64,000 nucleotides of DNA from Mustelus asterias. Taxonomy: Eukaryota. The notes under the pieces are model-generated. The model made no database searches, was not told the origin of the DNA, and saw only the letters and a list, made by a program, of their open reading frames with translations. A program made the position numbers and the translations under genes. The stretch is taken from assembly GCF_964213995.1 (NCBI RefSeq), contig NW_027590205.1, positions 124,001 through 188,000 of the forward strand. The letters are read 5' to 3'. Shown piece by piece: positions 36,955 through 49,568 of the stretch (positions are counted from its first letter, which is position 1; the number at the start of each line of letters is the position of its first letter).

Positions 36955-38510
36955 GTTCACACACACACACACACAATCCGAGACCAACACACATATACAT
37001 ACACAACACACACACACACACACACATTCAGAAAAACACACAAGATCTGAGAAAAGCAGACACAAGCAAACTCGCAAACGCATACACACATACAGACACA
37101 CGCACCTCTGAAAAACACACACACACACACAAACAGACAAATGGGCGGCACGGTAGCACTGCTGCTTCACAGCTCCAGGGACCTGGGTTCGATTCCCGGC
37201 TTGGGTCACTGTCTGTGTGGAGTTTGCACATTCTCCACGTGTCTGCGTGGGTTTCCTCCGGGTGCTCCGGTTTCCTCCCACAGTCCAAAGATATGCGGGT
37301 TAGGTTAATTGGCCATGCTAAAAATTGCCCCTTAGTGTCCTGAGATGCGTCGGTTAGAGGGATTAGTGGGTAAATATGTAGGGATGTGGGGGTAGGACCT
37401 GGGTGGGATTGTGATCGGTGCAGACTCGATGGGCCGAATGGCCTCTTTCTGTACTGAAGGGTTTCTATGATTTCTATGAAACAGTCACGAGCACGCACAC
37501 ACAGAAACACACACACAGGATCTCACAAAAACCGATACAGGCAAATTCGCACACACAGGCCCATACACGGATATACACGCTCAGACAAACACACGCACGC
37601 AAACGCACACACATACTTTCTCTCTCTTTCAGACACGCAGACACGCTGTCAGACAAATACATGCACACACACACAGACAACCACACAGACACAAACACAC
37701 ACACGCATTTAGACAAGTACAGAAAACATACACGCAAACACACAGGCAAATGCAGGCACACGTATTTCTTAGACGGACAGACACAGGACAACTCGCAAAC
37801 ACAGAGACACTCTCAGAAAAACACAGGCACACAGTCACAGACAAAGATATAATCACAAGAACACACTCAGACAAACACACACAAGCAAACTCTTGAACAC
37901 AGACATATACAGAGAAAAACTCAGACAGACAAAGAAAACATACACTCTCAGACATGCATGCACACACACAGACACACTCGCTGGCAAATATACACACACA
38001 GACCCACACACAGCTGTACTATCAAACGAACACACAGGCACACACATACAAATTCACTCTGATGCAAACACACAGATACACACAATCTCTCAGACAAAAC
38101 ACACACACTTAGAGACAAACACATAAGCACTCAGTCAAACACTCAGACATACATACAATCACAGAAAAACATATAGGCACAAACACCCAGGCAAACACAG
38201 TCACGCACACAGAAACACACGCACACAGTCCAACATAGGCACACACATGATCTCAGTCAAGCAACATAGGCAAGGTTGTAAACTCACAGACACACACTTT
38301 CAGCATAATACACACACAGACACACACATGAACAGACAAGCAAACAGACACAAGCACACGCACACACACACACACACAGACTCAGGCAAAAACAGTCACG
38401 ATCTCAGAGAAATAGACACAAGCAAAGTCGCACATACGGACACATACTAATAAATACTCAGACAAAAGCAAACACACACACACTCTCAGATAAACAAAGA
38501 GACAAACCAA
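36955..38510. repeat. Degenerate (CA)n-rich tract
   Basis: Low-complexity CA sequence, interrupted by a SINE. Confidence 0.9.
37143..37478 (+). mobile_element. HE1/V-SINE-type SINE, well preserved
   Basis: gggcggcacgg..gggttcgattccc head, V-SINE core, CR1-like tail gggccgaatggcct..ttctatgatttctatga. Confidence 0.85.
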
Positions 38511-39849
38511 AAAAAATCAAGATGGCGTCGGACCATAGCGACTTATTGCATGCTGTGCCCCTCATCTCTCTAATGCTATCTTTTACTCACGGTCTTTGCT
38601 TCTAAAACTCTATTCTAATTCTTTTGAAATCGATAACAATGTTTGAATTAAATTGACCTTTCTCTACCCCCTAGCTATGACTGTAACATTACATTCTGCA
38701 ATCTCTCCTTTCCTTCTCTATGTGCGTGTAATGCCGTGTTTGTGAAACCTACCTTTCCACTCACGTAATGAAGGAGCAGCGCTCCGAAAGCTCGTGATTC
38801 CAAATAAACCTTAACCTGGCGTTTTGAGCCTTCTTACTGTTCTCTATGTGCGGTATGCTTTGTTTGTATAGCGCGCAAGAAACAATACTTTTCACTGCAT
38901 ACTAATACACATGACAATAATAAATCAAATACAACAAAATCAAAAACATATACTCTCAGAAGAACACACAGAGACACACACACACAGACATACACACTAT
39001 TACGGACAGTCTCACAAACACAGAGACAGAGACCATAAAGTCTTGATGTCAATTTCAGTTTACTCAACCTGCTGGGTAACGGAAGCAAACTTAAAACCGG
39101 TGTGTGGGTTTTATTGTGTGATGAGATAATGTATAAATGTATCACCATAGCCCAGAGTGGGGTTGTAGTTGATCATTTATCTGCTGTCTGTACCCCTGAA
39201 CAAATGTCAAATTGGAGAGGTTATCAAGTTTGTGTTATAATGTAATGATGTGAAATATGTGAGAGAATAATTGGTGTGATAAAGGGTGGAAAACAAACTT
39301 GGGGAATGAGACTGAAGCTGCTGTGCAGACTGAATAGTTCTTGTTGTGTGAATGGAGGGACACATGTAGGGACGGATGGAGGGAGGAAGGAATGGACGGA
39401 TCGAAGGACCGATCGAGGGAGGGAGCAATGGATGGAGGGATGGATGGGGGTGACCTGGGGGAAGTCATTGGGCAGAGACTGTGCTTGCTGCTGTTTCCCC
39501 TCCTGGCGCCAGGGGTCACTGGGACACTCCCTGCAGCTGCTGCTGCTGCTCCTCCCAATGTCACATCTTGGCCGTACCCTGGACCAGCTGCAGCTCTTTG
39601 GCGGAACATCAGGAGCCAGTGGTGGGGAAGGACTGGCCGTCCTATTTCAGTGACGTCACCACCAGCCCCGACACCCGCCGTTTATTTTAAGAAAAAAAAC
39701 GACTGTTCAGAAATGGCGAAAGTGACTGAAATTCTGAACCAGACAGGCCACCGGGAGGTGATTTATATGTAAATAAAAATACAATTATTAATTTAATATG
39801 AAAGATGCCGAAGGCGAAACTGCACATGCGCCGTATGTTCTCTGCGGGA

Positions 39850-40270
39850 ACATGGATACAGAACAGGTTTAGCCATAGAAGACAGAGGGTAGCGGTAGAG
39901 GGGTGATTTTCTGACTGGAAGGCTGTGACTAGCCATGATCCACAGGGATTAGTTCCGGAACCTTTGCTGTTCGTAGTATATGTAAATGATTTGGAGGAAA
40001 ATGTAGCTGGTATAATTGTAAGTTCACAGACGACACACAAATGTGTGGAGTTGCGGAGAGTGAAGAGGATTGTCAGAGGATACAGCTACAGCAAAAGATA
40101 AACCGGTTGGAGACTGGGGCGGAAAAATGACAGATGGAGTTTAATCTGGACAAGTGTGAGATAATGCATTTTGGAAGGTCCAATGCATGTCGGGATTATA
40201 TAGGAAAGGTAGAACCCTTAGGCGTATTGATAAGCAGAGAGATCTCGACGTACATATCCACCGATCACTG
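39850..40270 (+). mobile_element. Decayed CR1 RT fragment
   Basis: RQRVAVEG, FTDDT and QMEFN.DKCEIMHFG remnants. Confidence 0.75.
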
Positions 40271-40929
40271 ATAACATCAAAGGATAGCGGCTGAATGACA
40301 GAATCTCCAAGGTTCAAACCCGAAAAAAAGAAATAAGACGGTAGTGGGTTTAAATTTGTGATTCAAACCATGCTTGCGAACAGAGAGAAAATGTGCGACA
40401 TGTTTTGTCCACAATTCCCAGTCTGGTGAGGTGACTGCGAGTAAATGGAAGAACACTGAACTGGGATATAATTAATGTCCTTATCGGGGCAAGGTGTCCT
40501 TTGGTGTTATTCACATCAGAAGAAAATCCTGATCTAGTTATGGTAAGGCCGTAAAAGGTATCAGGAAACAACAAAGCTCTAAAATTACGCTCGAAATGAC
40601 AGTGGCATTGTGGGGAAATTCAGTAATATTCGCAAAAAAGCATTCACACAAGCACGCTGTGTACCGACTGTGATCAAATGGACCGAGAAACGGAAAGGGG
40701 AGATGGGAAAGGGCTGGCCAATAATTGATACAGACTAGGAAATAACACCAAAGACAAAATGTCAGCTGACGCACCACTAACTCACTTTGGTGAGTGCCTT
40801 CGCTCGGAATTATAATACATTTCTGTTACTCTCGCTTATTATTCCTGTTTTTCGGGTGAGCGCGCCCTCTGCTGATCACTAACTGGAACTATCAGTGCGG
40901 TGCTTTTGTCTGGGATCCGCTCTTTCTCT

Positions 40930-41178
40930 GCAGCAGAAACACAATCGGAGAGAAGCGTCCTGGTGACATTTGAGGAACAGTGTTCCTTTGTACAAAGTAG
41001 GCAATATTTTTCCACATCCTCCGAGCTATAAATCCTCATTAAATATCTCGGAGTTTCGCTGGGATGCAGGAACAGAGTAGAGAGAGTAGCTGTCGAGTAT
41101 TTACAATCCAGCATTATGCTCTGTGCTTGGAGAACCCTTAATTCAGATTGATCATTGGACACAGAATCATCACTATTT
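40930..41178 (-). pseudogene. TCR V pseudogene (heavily deleted)
   Basis: After a ttgcag acceptor: DSVSNDQSELRVLQAQSIMLDCKYST...PSETPRYLMRIY...NVTRTLLSDC. Trp41, YYC and the RSS are lost. A possible leader remnant lies at 41447-41482. Confidence 0.7.
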
Positions 41179-42239
41179 CTGCAACAAAACACAGAATGTA
41201 TCAAATATCTGGGAGTGAAAATAACACTTGGAACAAATATTCCCCATTTTTTAGTTCGTTTATGTCTGTTTTGCTGCAGCTGTTTCTCTGATTGTATCTT
41301 CCTCTAAATCTATTCCTGATTCATTCATTTATATCACCGGTTCTTGCTCTGCTTAACTCCAGGTCTCGCCTCCAATTCCAATTATTCAATCCCTCTTGTT
41401 TTCTTCCCATATCTCCACCTACATTTCTCCCTTGTCTCTCCCTTACAGGTTTCAATAACAGATATCCCGCATAATGGACCATCAGCTGGTGCTCAGGTCC
41501 ATCGTAATATTTTGATACTTTGAAAAAATTCCAGTAGTCATTTTACATTCCACTCCATGGAAGTACTCCAGAATGTGATGCATGTTGCTGTTGTTAGGAG
41601 TGAGATTAATCAACAACTTGCAGCCAATGCACATAGTACAAATCATGTATATCCAACGCCCAACATATCGACAGACATATCAAACACTCCCGCATTAATA
41701 TCAAATATTAATTTCCACACCAAATGCCGTTATTAGTCATTTCCTTGGATATAATGAAACACAGGAGGAATTGCAACATTAAACCGACGGGTATGTTCTC
41801 GGTGCCAATATGAAATAATGGATGTCTATGTGTACATATGATAGGGGAGATCTGAAATAAAAACAGAAAATTGCTGGAAAGACTCTGTGGAGAGAGAAAC
41901 TGAGCTAAGCTTTTGCGACTTTGAAACTCCGAGTTGGCTGAGCGAAGGAGATAATTCTGCCTTTTACTGAAAAGGATATATGAAAATTCTGTCCCAAGGC
42001 AACTAATCGAAAACCACACATCAGTGTTGCATTTCTACTTTGTCCTCGGTGACGACATGAAAGATATTTACCATGGAAGTAATATATACGATTACTTATT
42101 CAATTAAACCTCCATTGACGTCATTCTCCTTTAATATTCTGGATCGAGAGAATGCAGAAACCAGGAAACGGCAATTAGTGGAATTGCAGCTTCCCGTTTT
42201 GATTTTAAGCGAGCAATTTTTGAAGGAGAGTGTTGACCA

Positions 42240-42582
42240 TAAAAAACAACTTTCGTTTGCATGGACAATTATCGGTGGAGTGTCTGCGATCTCTCAATCA
42301 CAGCAGATATTAACACAAGAGTGACAATCGATTGAAATCCAATGAAATACAATCATCTGATGCCCTGGGAGCATCCGCTCGTTCAGCATGCAACAGAACC
42401 GTGGCCTGAAATTTGTAATTTCATCTGTTAGCAGAAACGCCACAGACTCTTCAAACTCTTCATTCACTCAACAAGACCTTTGACCAGTCCTAATGGAGAC
42501 AGCACATCGGTATCAGGCGCTGGGGTGTGTTACTGTGTCAGTGAGTCACTGAGACACAAAACCCGAACGTAGCAGATAAACT
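42240..42582 (+). pseudogene. TCR V-like pseudogene, decayed
   Basis: GVSAISQSQQILT..VTID*, then IRSFSMQQNRGLKFVI, NKTFD and SGAGVCYCVSE, followed by RSS-like cactgag...agataaact; stops and frameshifts present. Confidence 0.5.
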
Positions 42583-42594
42583 ATCCATTTATAT

Positions 42595-43430
42595 CCCGAG
42601 GTGATGAGAAGCTTTTTTTATTGGTCGAGGTTCATCCTAAGCAACTCCGTGATGAAGGACTCTGTGCTCTACGAGCTGTTCCCAGGGACAAACCGAGACA
42701 AGCACCAATTGCTGTTGGAGAATTTTCAACTCGGTAAAATGCACGATTTGCCTTCCCGAAACGAGTTGATCTTCATGTGCAAAGAATTGTCCTCGATCGA
42801 GTGTTGCAGACAACACATTCCAGGGCGCAGGACTACCGATTGAGGGACGCACTAAACCGTGAGGCAGTTGCTGCAAAGGCGCAATGGGGAAAACTGCGAC
42901 CTTTCGGCCATTGTGATCTGAGGGGAGCAGAACTCTATATGAACGCCCCGTGCTGTTGGACTCACATTGAATGAATGCAGTGAATATTACACCTCTCGCA
43001 ATTCTACTGAAGCACCTGAGAGTGTAACTTGTTCAATGTAGACAACCTAAATAACATCTCCCTTCCTGTATTGACGATCTTGAAATATGTATGATGTTCC
43101 ATTGATTGCACTGAAGCTCTTCAATGTGCAACATTATCTTTGCAGAAAACTTCAGTATCACTGCACTTTCTGAAATGACCATTTTGCAACGTTCTGTAAT
43201 GTTTCATTGAATGCGTTGAAGCGCGTCAGCGTGCAAAATTATCTGTGTCCGAAACCTAAACGTTATTGCACTTTCTGTAAAAACCGTTCTGAAAAATTCT
43301 GTAATGTTCCTTTAATTATACACTGAGTGCAACAGCTTCATTGTCGAAACCTTGAATGTTATTGCACTTGCTGTTATGGCCATTTTGAAGTATTTTGTAA
43401 TGTTCTTTCAGATACTTTATGAATAAGTTT
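42595..43430 (+). mobile_element. Tx1/L1-clade LINE 3' end, with roughly 100-bp imperfect repeats in the presumed 3' UTR
   Basis: SRFILSNSVMKDSVLYELFPGT...CKELSSIECCR and QDYRLRDAL...AAKAQWGK. Confidence 0.65.
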
Positions 43431-43559
43431 TCTTTTGGAAAAAAGCACAACGTCCCAGTTTGCGAGTTCACAATCCTCACAGCTGTCACTGCGCCCTTCA
43501 GTAAGTTGACTACATTGTGAACTACTGGTGAATACAAAGAGCTTCTACAAATACATAAA

Positions 43560-45362
43560 AGGCAAAAGAGTAACAAGGAAGAGAGTAGGGTCTGTTAAGG
43601 ATCAACTAGGTCATCGATGTGCGGATCCACAACAGCTGGGTCAGATCCTAAATGAATATTTCTTATAAGTATTTATTGTTGAGAAAAGCATAGATGTTCG
43701 GGGCCTTGGGGAAATAAATAGTGATGTCTTGAGGAGTGTACATATTACTGAGAAGGAGGTGTTGGAAGTCTTAAAGCGCATCAAGGTGGATAAATCCCCG
43801 GGATCTGATGAAATGTATCCCAGGACATTGTAGGAGGCTAGGGAGGAAATTGCGAGTCCCCCAGCAGAGATATTTGAATCATCGACAGTCACAGGTGAGG
43901 TGCCTGAAGATTTGAGGGAGGCAAATGTTGTGCCTTTGTTTTAAAAGGGCTGCAGGGAAAAGCCTGGGAACTACAGGCCAGTGAGCCTCATACCTGTGGG
44001 GGGTAAGCTGTAAGGTATTTTGAGAGGCAAGATCTGCAGGAATTTAGAGATGCAGGAACTGATTAGGGACATTCAGCATGGCTTTGTGAGTGGAAAATCA
44101 TGTCTCACAAACTTGATGGAGCTTTTTGAAGGGGTAACCAAGAAGGTAGATGAGGGCAGTGCAGGTGATGTTGTCTACATGGACTTTAGCAAGGCTTTTC
44201 ACAAGGTACCGCATGGCAGGTTGTTGCATAAGGTTAAATCTCATGGGATCCAGGGCGACGTAGCTAAATGGATACAAAATTGGGTTGATGACTCAAGCCA
44301 GAGGGTAATTGCCGAGGGTTGTTTTTCAAACTGGAGGCCTGTGACCAGAGGTTTGCCTTCGGGATCAGTACTGGGTCCGCTGTTATTTGTCATTTATATT
44401 AAGGATTTGGATGAGAATATAGGAGGCATGGTTAGTAAGTTTCCAGATGACACCAAGATTGGTAGCATAGTGGACAGTGAAGAAGGTTTTCTCGGACTGC
44501 AACGGGATCTTGATCAATTGACCAGTGGGCTGACGAATGGCAGATGGAATTTAGTTTAGATAAATGCGAGGTGATGCATTTTGGTAGATTGAACCAAGGC
44601 AGGACTTACTCAGTTAATGGTAGGGCGTTGGGGAGAGTTACAGAACAAAGACATCTCGGGGTACATGTTCATCGCTCCTTGAAAGTAGAGTCACGGGTAG
44701 ACAGAGTGGTGAAGACGGCATTCAGAATGCTTGTTTTCATTGGTTAGAGCATTGAATACAGGAGTTGGAATGTCTTGTTGAAGTTGTACAAGACATTGGT
44801 AAGGCCACACTTGGAATACTGTGTACAGTTCTGGTCACCCTATTATAGAAAGGATATTATTAAACTAGAAAGAGTGGAGACAATATTTACTAGGATGCTA
44901 CCGGGACTTGGTGGTTTGAGTTATAAGGAGAGGCTGGATAGACAGGGACTTTTTTTCTCTGGAGCGTCGAAGGCTGAGGGGTGATCTTACAGAGGTCTAT
45001 AAAATAATGAGGGGCATAGATCAGCTAGATAGTCAATATCTTTTCCCAATGGTGGGGGAGTCTAAAGCGAGAGGCATAGGTTTAAGGTGAGAGGGGAGAG
45101 ATACACAAGTGTCCAGAGGGGCAATTTTTTCACACAGAGGGTGGTGAGTGTCTGGAACAAGCTGCCAGAGGTATTAGTAGACGCGGGTATAATTTTGTCT
45201 TTTGAAAAGCATTTAGAAAGTTACATGGGTATGATGGGTATAGAGGAATATGAGCCAAATGCGGGCAATTGGGACTAGCTTCAGGGTTTGAAAAAAAGGA
45301 CAGCATGGACAAGTTGGGTCAAAGGGCCTGTTTCCATGTTGTAAACCTCTATGACTCTATGG
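43560..45362 (+). mobile_element. CR1 LINE, 5'-truncated and frameshifted
   Basis: RT ORFs 44020-44559, 44544-44747, 44775-44984 and 45087-45278; same family as 1-598. Confidence 0.9.
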
Positions 45363-45684
45363 TGCTATCTATAACTCAGGAAAATGGTTACTCGGGCCGG
45401 CTGAAGCATGTTAGCATTTTACTGCTCTTTATTTCTGTGCATTTTGTTAACCTTGAGCTCTTGACTGTTGTGCGGGAAAGGTTAATCCAAATTAATATCA
45501 TCACCGCGATATTGAGCCAGGTCTGCACCGACAGCAGTTATTAGTTCAGTCACTTCAGTTGCAGACGGAGATCTGTACACCGTACAGACAAGGAGGAGTC
45601 TGTTGACCCATTGTGCCTGTGCCAGGACTTCGCATGGGCTATCCAAATAAGTCCACATCCCTGCTCTTTACAAAGAGTCCTGAA

Positions 45685-46090
45685 GGAAACTTGGTCCATC
45701 ACGCAAACCAGCCTCCCATCCATTGACTCTGTCTACACTTCCCGCTGCCTCAGAAAAGCGCCCGGCATAATCAAGGACCCCACGCACACCGGGCATACGC
45801 TTCTCCACCTTATTCCGTTGGGAAAAAGAAACGGATGTCTGAGGTCACGTACCAACCGACTCAAGGACAGCTTCTTCCCTGCTGCCATTGGACTTTTAAA
45901 TGGATCTACCATACATTAAGCTGTTATTTCTCTACACCCTGGTTTTAATTGTAACACTGCATCCTGCACTCTCTCCTGTCCTTCTCCCCGATGTTCTCTA
46001 TATATGGTAAGCTTTGTCAATATAGCATGCAAGAAACAATACTTTCCACTGTATACCAGTGTATGTGAAAATGCTAAATCAAATTTATCC
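45685..46090 (+). mobile_element. Rex1/Babar-type LINE 3' fragment
   Basis: IIKDPTH.GH.L..L.P.GKR...RTNRLKDSFFP; same family as 52960-54392. Confidence 0.7.
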
Positions 46091-46489
46091 AAACCCAAGA
46101 CAATTCCTCCTTTACATCTTTTGAAACAATATTCAGTTATTTCATTCAGAAAAACAATGAGAGAAATAAAACCTGAAATAGAGGCATGCATTCTAATGAG
46201 CATTTTCTAAAATTTTATACTGTTGACGGATTGCGATATTAAGAATGCTGAACATTTATTGTACTGAGCTGGTGCTCCCAGTTTGTCTGATTCTAGAGCA
46301 GCGCTCCGAAAGCTTCTGCTACCAAATAAACCTGTTGGACTTTAACCTGGTGTTGTGAGAGTTCTTCCTGTCATGAATTAGAGCAGAAAGGAGCTCTCAG
46401 CTAATTGGATGAATCCAGAGAATAGAGCCCAGGAGCTTATTGGATATCACCTAATGACGCTGTCAGGAATAAACCAATTTGTAGATTGT

Positions 46490-46600
46490 GGTATCCAATC
46501 AGCTCTTTATTCTCTATTCAGTGCTCTCCACTCTTCTGACCATAGGTTCTGTAGGGTGTGACGTCAGATCAGCCACAGCCAATGCTCTCAGCTTTATCTT
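46490..46600 (+). promoter_or_regulatory. V promoter: CRE plus CCAAT boxes
   Basis: TGACGTCA at 46559-46566 and CCAAT at 46495 and 46579, about 100 bp upstream of the leader ATG. Confidence 0.65.
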
Positions 46601-46657
46601 GTTCAACCTTCTGCAGCTGTCGGAGAAACAAGTCCCTGGACTCCAGGAGCAGCAGCA

Positions 46658-46703
46658 ATGCGGCTCCCCGTTTTCACTCTGATCTGGGTGACATTCATTG
46701 TTG
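46658..46703 (+). CDS. TCR V leader exon
   Basis: MRLPVFTLIWVTFIV, 46 nt, phase-1 GTAAGT donor. Confidence 0.88.
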
Positions 46704-47408
46704 GTAAGTTTAACATTTTAAAAATGAGTTATTTTCTGGAGGAATAAAGTTGAAAAGCAGGACATTCATGTTATACAGGTACTGGACATGCCGTAGAACA
46801 CAAATGAATTCTTGCGAGTGGTTTTAGTCTTTTGAAAATAGATTCGAAAAGCACACTGAAAAGGCGATTTCGAGAAGTGGTACTCGGATTGGGAGATGAG
46901 AGCTATCAGAATGCAAGATTATGATTACTTTCTCGACTGACCAAAGAAACTAACGCAAATCTGACTGATCTATTTATAATGATAACGAGGATTGGTGTGG
47001 TGGACGGGGAGAGGATGATTCCACTTGTAGGAGGAAGCCAAATATATGTCCCACAATTCCAATGAAACAAAGAGATCAACTGGGAATCGGAGAGAAACAG
47101 CTTTAGAAAGAGTTGGGTAGAATGTGACTCATATTAACACAATGAACACTTGAGGAGAGGAGCAAATACTTATTTAAAGGTAAACTAAACTAAACAGCTG
47201 AGGAAGAAAGGGACAAATGCATTGAGAAGAGGCGAGAGGGAGGAATCTCCAGGGGATTGTAAACGAGAACATAGATCAGTTGGAGAGAATGTGGTATGAT
47301 TCAATACATTCAATACATATTTTTATGTTACACTGTCAGTGAATTTTCTCCCTTAGTTCAATTGAACTTTTAATCAATGTTTTTCCTTTCTTTAACCGTG
47401 TGTTTCAG

Positions 47409-47688
47409 ATCTGAGCCATGGAGATTCTGTTACTCAGCGGGAATCCTCACTCACACGGACAGAGGGAGAAGATGTCACTTTAAACTGCACCTTTACCGAC
47501 GATGCTTATTATTTATTTTGGTATCGTCAATACCCAGGAAAACAGCCTGAGTTTGCAGTCCGGAGAGACAAGAAGGGCGGTTTTGAATTAAAGGCGGATT
47601 TCGCTCGGACCCGGTTTTCTGATTCAGTCCAGTCTATTTCGGAGCTGCGGCTGTCTGACACCGCGGTCTATTACTGTGCACAGAGTCT
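47409..47688 (+). CDS. TCR alpha/delta-type V exon, open frame, with an 8-aa FR3 deletion
   Basis: tttcag acceptor; DLSHGDSVTQRESSLTRTEGEDVTLNCTFTDDAYYLFWYRQYPGKQPEFAVRRDKKGGFELKADFARTRFSDSVQSISELRLSDTAVYYCAQS. Absent from the ORF track. Confidence 0.92.
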
Positions 47689-47727
47689 CACAGTGATGAG
47701 AACGAGTGAAATCCTCGTACAAAAACT
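47689..47727 (+). other. 23-bp-spacer RSS
   Basis: CACAGTG + 23 nt + ACAAAAACT. Confidence 0.95.
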
Positions 47728-49091
47728 GCCGCAAGTTTCTGAGTCACAGCTGCTGTCTGTCGAGTGTTGTTTCTAACAGCGGGTTATACACTAACACGTC
47801 AATACATTCCTGTGAACGCAAACCAGCCCACAATTCACACAAACACCATCTAAAATCGTTCACAGAATCCGTCTGATTATTACATTCACTGTGCGAGGGA
47901 AGAATTAGCTGTTGTTTATTTGGAATCACCGGGAAATCGGCACTAATATTGAGAATTCAAAATGCTGCAGGTAGCCTTGAACTAGTTGTACCCTTGTTCT
48001 GATGTTTCAAAGAAACTCGGGGCAAAGAAACGAATACAGTTTGGTTTGATATGTCAGTCAATAGTGTAAACTGATGCCCGCCTGCTGAGGCAAATCCTCA
48101 TAATCACAACAGCCTGATTAAACATCTCTCAATGTTACAGTAATGAAATAAAATATCAACTGAGAATCGAAGAGAAACTTCATTGGAAAGAGTTCGGAAG
48201 AATGTGACTCATATTAACACAATGAACACTTGACACATATTAAAACTAAGAATCCTTAACAGTAAAGGTACAAAAGTTTATTTCAATACATGCTTAGAAT
48301 CCAATGAACAATGATTAATATCTCTATTAATAATCTCTAAGAACAGGTTTGGTGTACTCTAGAGACTGGAACATTTGGTAAGAAAATCGACTGAATGCAA
48401 AAATCTAATTGAGAAGAGCGTCAGAAAGTTCCTGAAGGACAACTAGGGATGGGCAATAAATAGCGGCCGAGCCCGCGATGCCCACATGCCCGAAAGTCTT
48501 TCTTTAAAAGTCTGCTGTAATCACCAGAAGTGCTTTGGGAAATCGAAACCGCGGGATAAGTCTTCATGCTCAGACAAATATTTTGTTGGGATATGGGCCA
48601 AACGCGGGCAATTGGGACTTGCATAGTGGTTAGAAAAGGGTAGCATGGACAAGTTGGGCAGAAGGGTCTGTTTCCATGCTGTAAACCTCTATGACTCTGT
48701 GACTATTTCCATATCCGTTATTTCCCTGAATATCCACAAATCTATCAACTGCCTTCAAGAAATCAAACGACTGAACAATCATTGCTCTCTTTGACACATA
48801 GAGTGCATTAAAGCGAATGTATGGTTTTTGACTGAGATGATTTTTGAGATATGACTCTGATGAGTTTTATTTCATGTTGTAATAACAGCACCAGAGTCTC
48901 CTATTCAGAGTTGCTCGTAAACGACAGAAACTACTATAAAGAGGGATTTTACATACACTGACAGACATTCAGCACAAAGAACCTGATCATTCGGTTTAAT
49001 TGGTTTTAATGAGATGATTTTGTTTCTATTAACTGTTCACAATCCAGCTCAGAGATCGGATTCAGTGTGAGGAGGTGAGAATGCCTTTGCT

Positions 49092-49568
49092 GGTTTTTGT
49101 ACGGACTAACTGTGTCTCTGTAACTGCGGTTCAGCGCACACTGTTACAGATACACGGCAGAGTCAGAGACACGGACCCCGGTGATATTTAATGGAGCTGT
49201 TTTCTTGTCTCTGTCCAAATTAGCAGAAAACTGGTCCGAAAAATCAGGAGACTTATCCCCCTTCCCCTGGCCGTAACTTTTCAATAAATATCTCGGAGCT
49301 TCTCCGGGATACAGGATGTACCAGAATAGAGTTTGGTCAACGTACTTATCTTTATAACTGCAGTTCAAAATTACCGTCTGTACTTCCTGAACCGTTAATT
49401 CAGGCGGCTCCTGGGAAACTGAAGTTTGGCCATTGGTTCCTGTAACAACATATAGACTGTGTGAGAAATCTGTGAGTGAATATAACCCATTGAACACACA
49501 CTGAGGATTTGAGCTCAGACTCACGGGGCAGCATGTCCATTATCATCAGTAGAACACGCAGGGAACAT
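49092..49568 (-). pseudogene. TCR alpha/delta-type V pseudogene (inverted), with leader and RSS
   Basis: Leader 49568-49525 is 44 nt and frameshifted. V exon 49439-49129 reads GTNGQTSVSQEPPELTVQE..LNCSY..LFWY..DSAVYL*QCAL. RSS is cgcagtt-21-acaaaaacc. Confidence 0.9.

Noticed and set aside
34040-38510. Many Cys/Val- or His/Thr-rich ORFs
   Set aside because: They are translations of (CA)/(TG) low-complexity DNA.
39040-39135. GFYCVMR as the end of a V segment
   Set aside because: No RSS and no upstream V framework.
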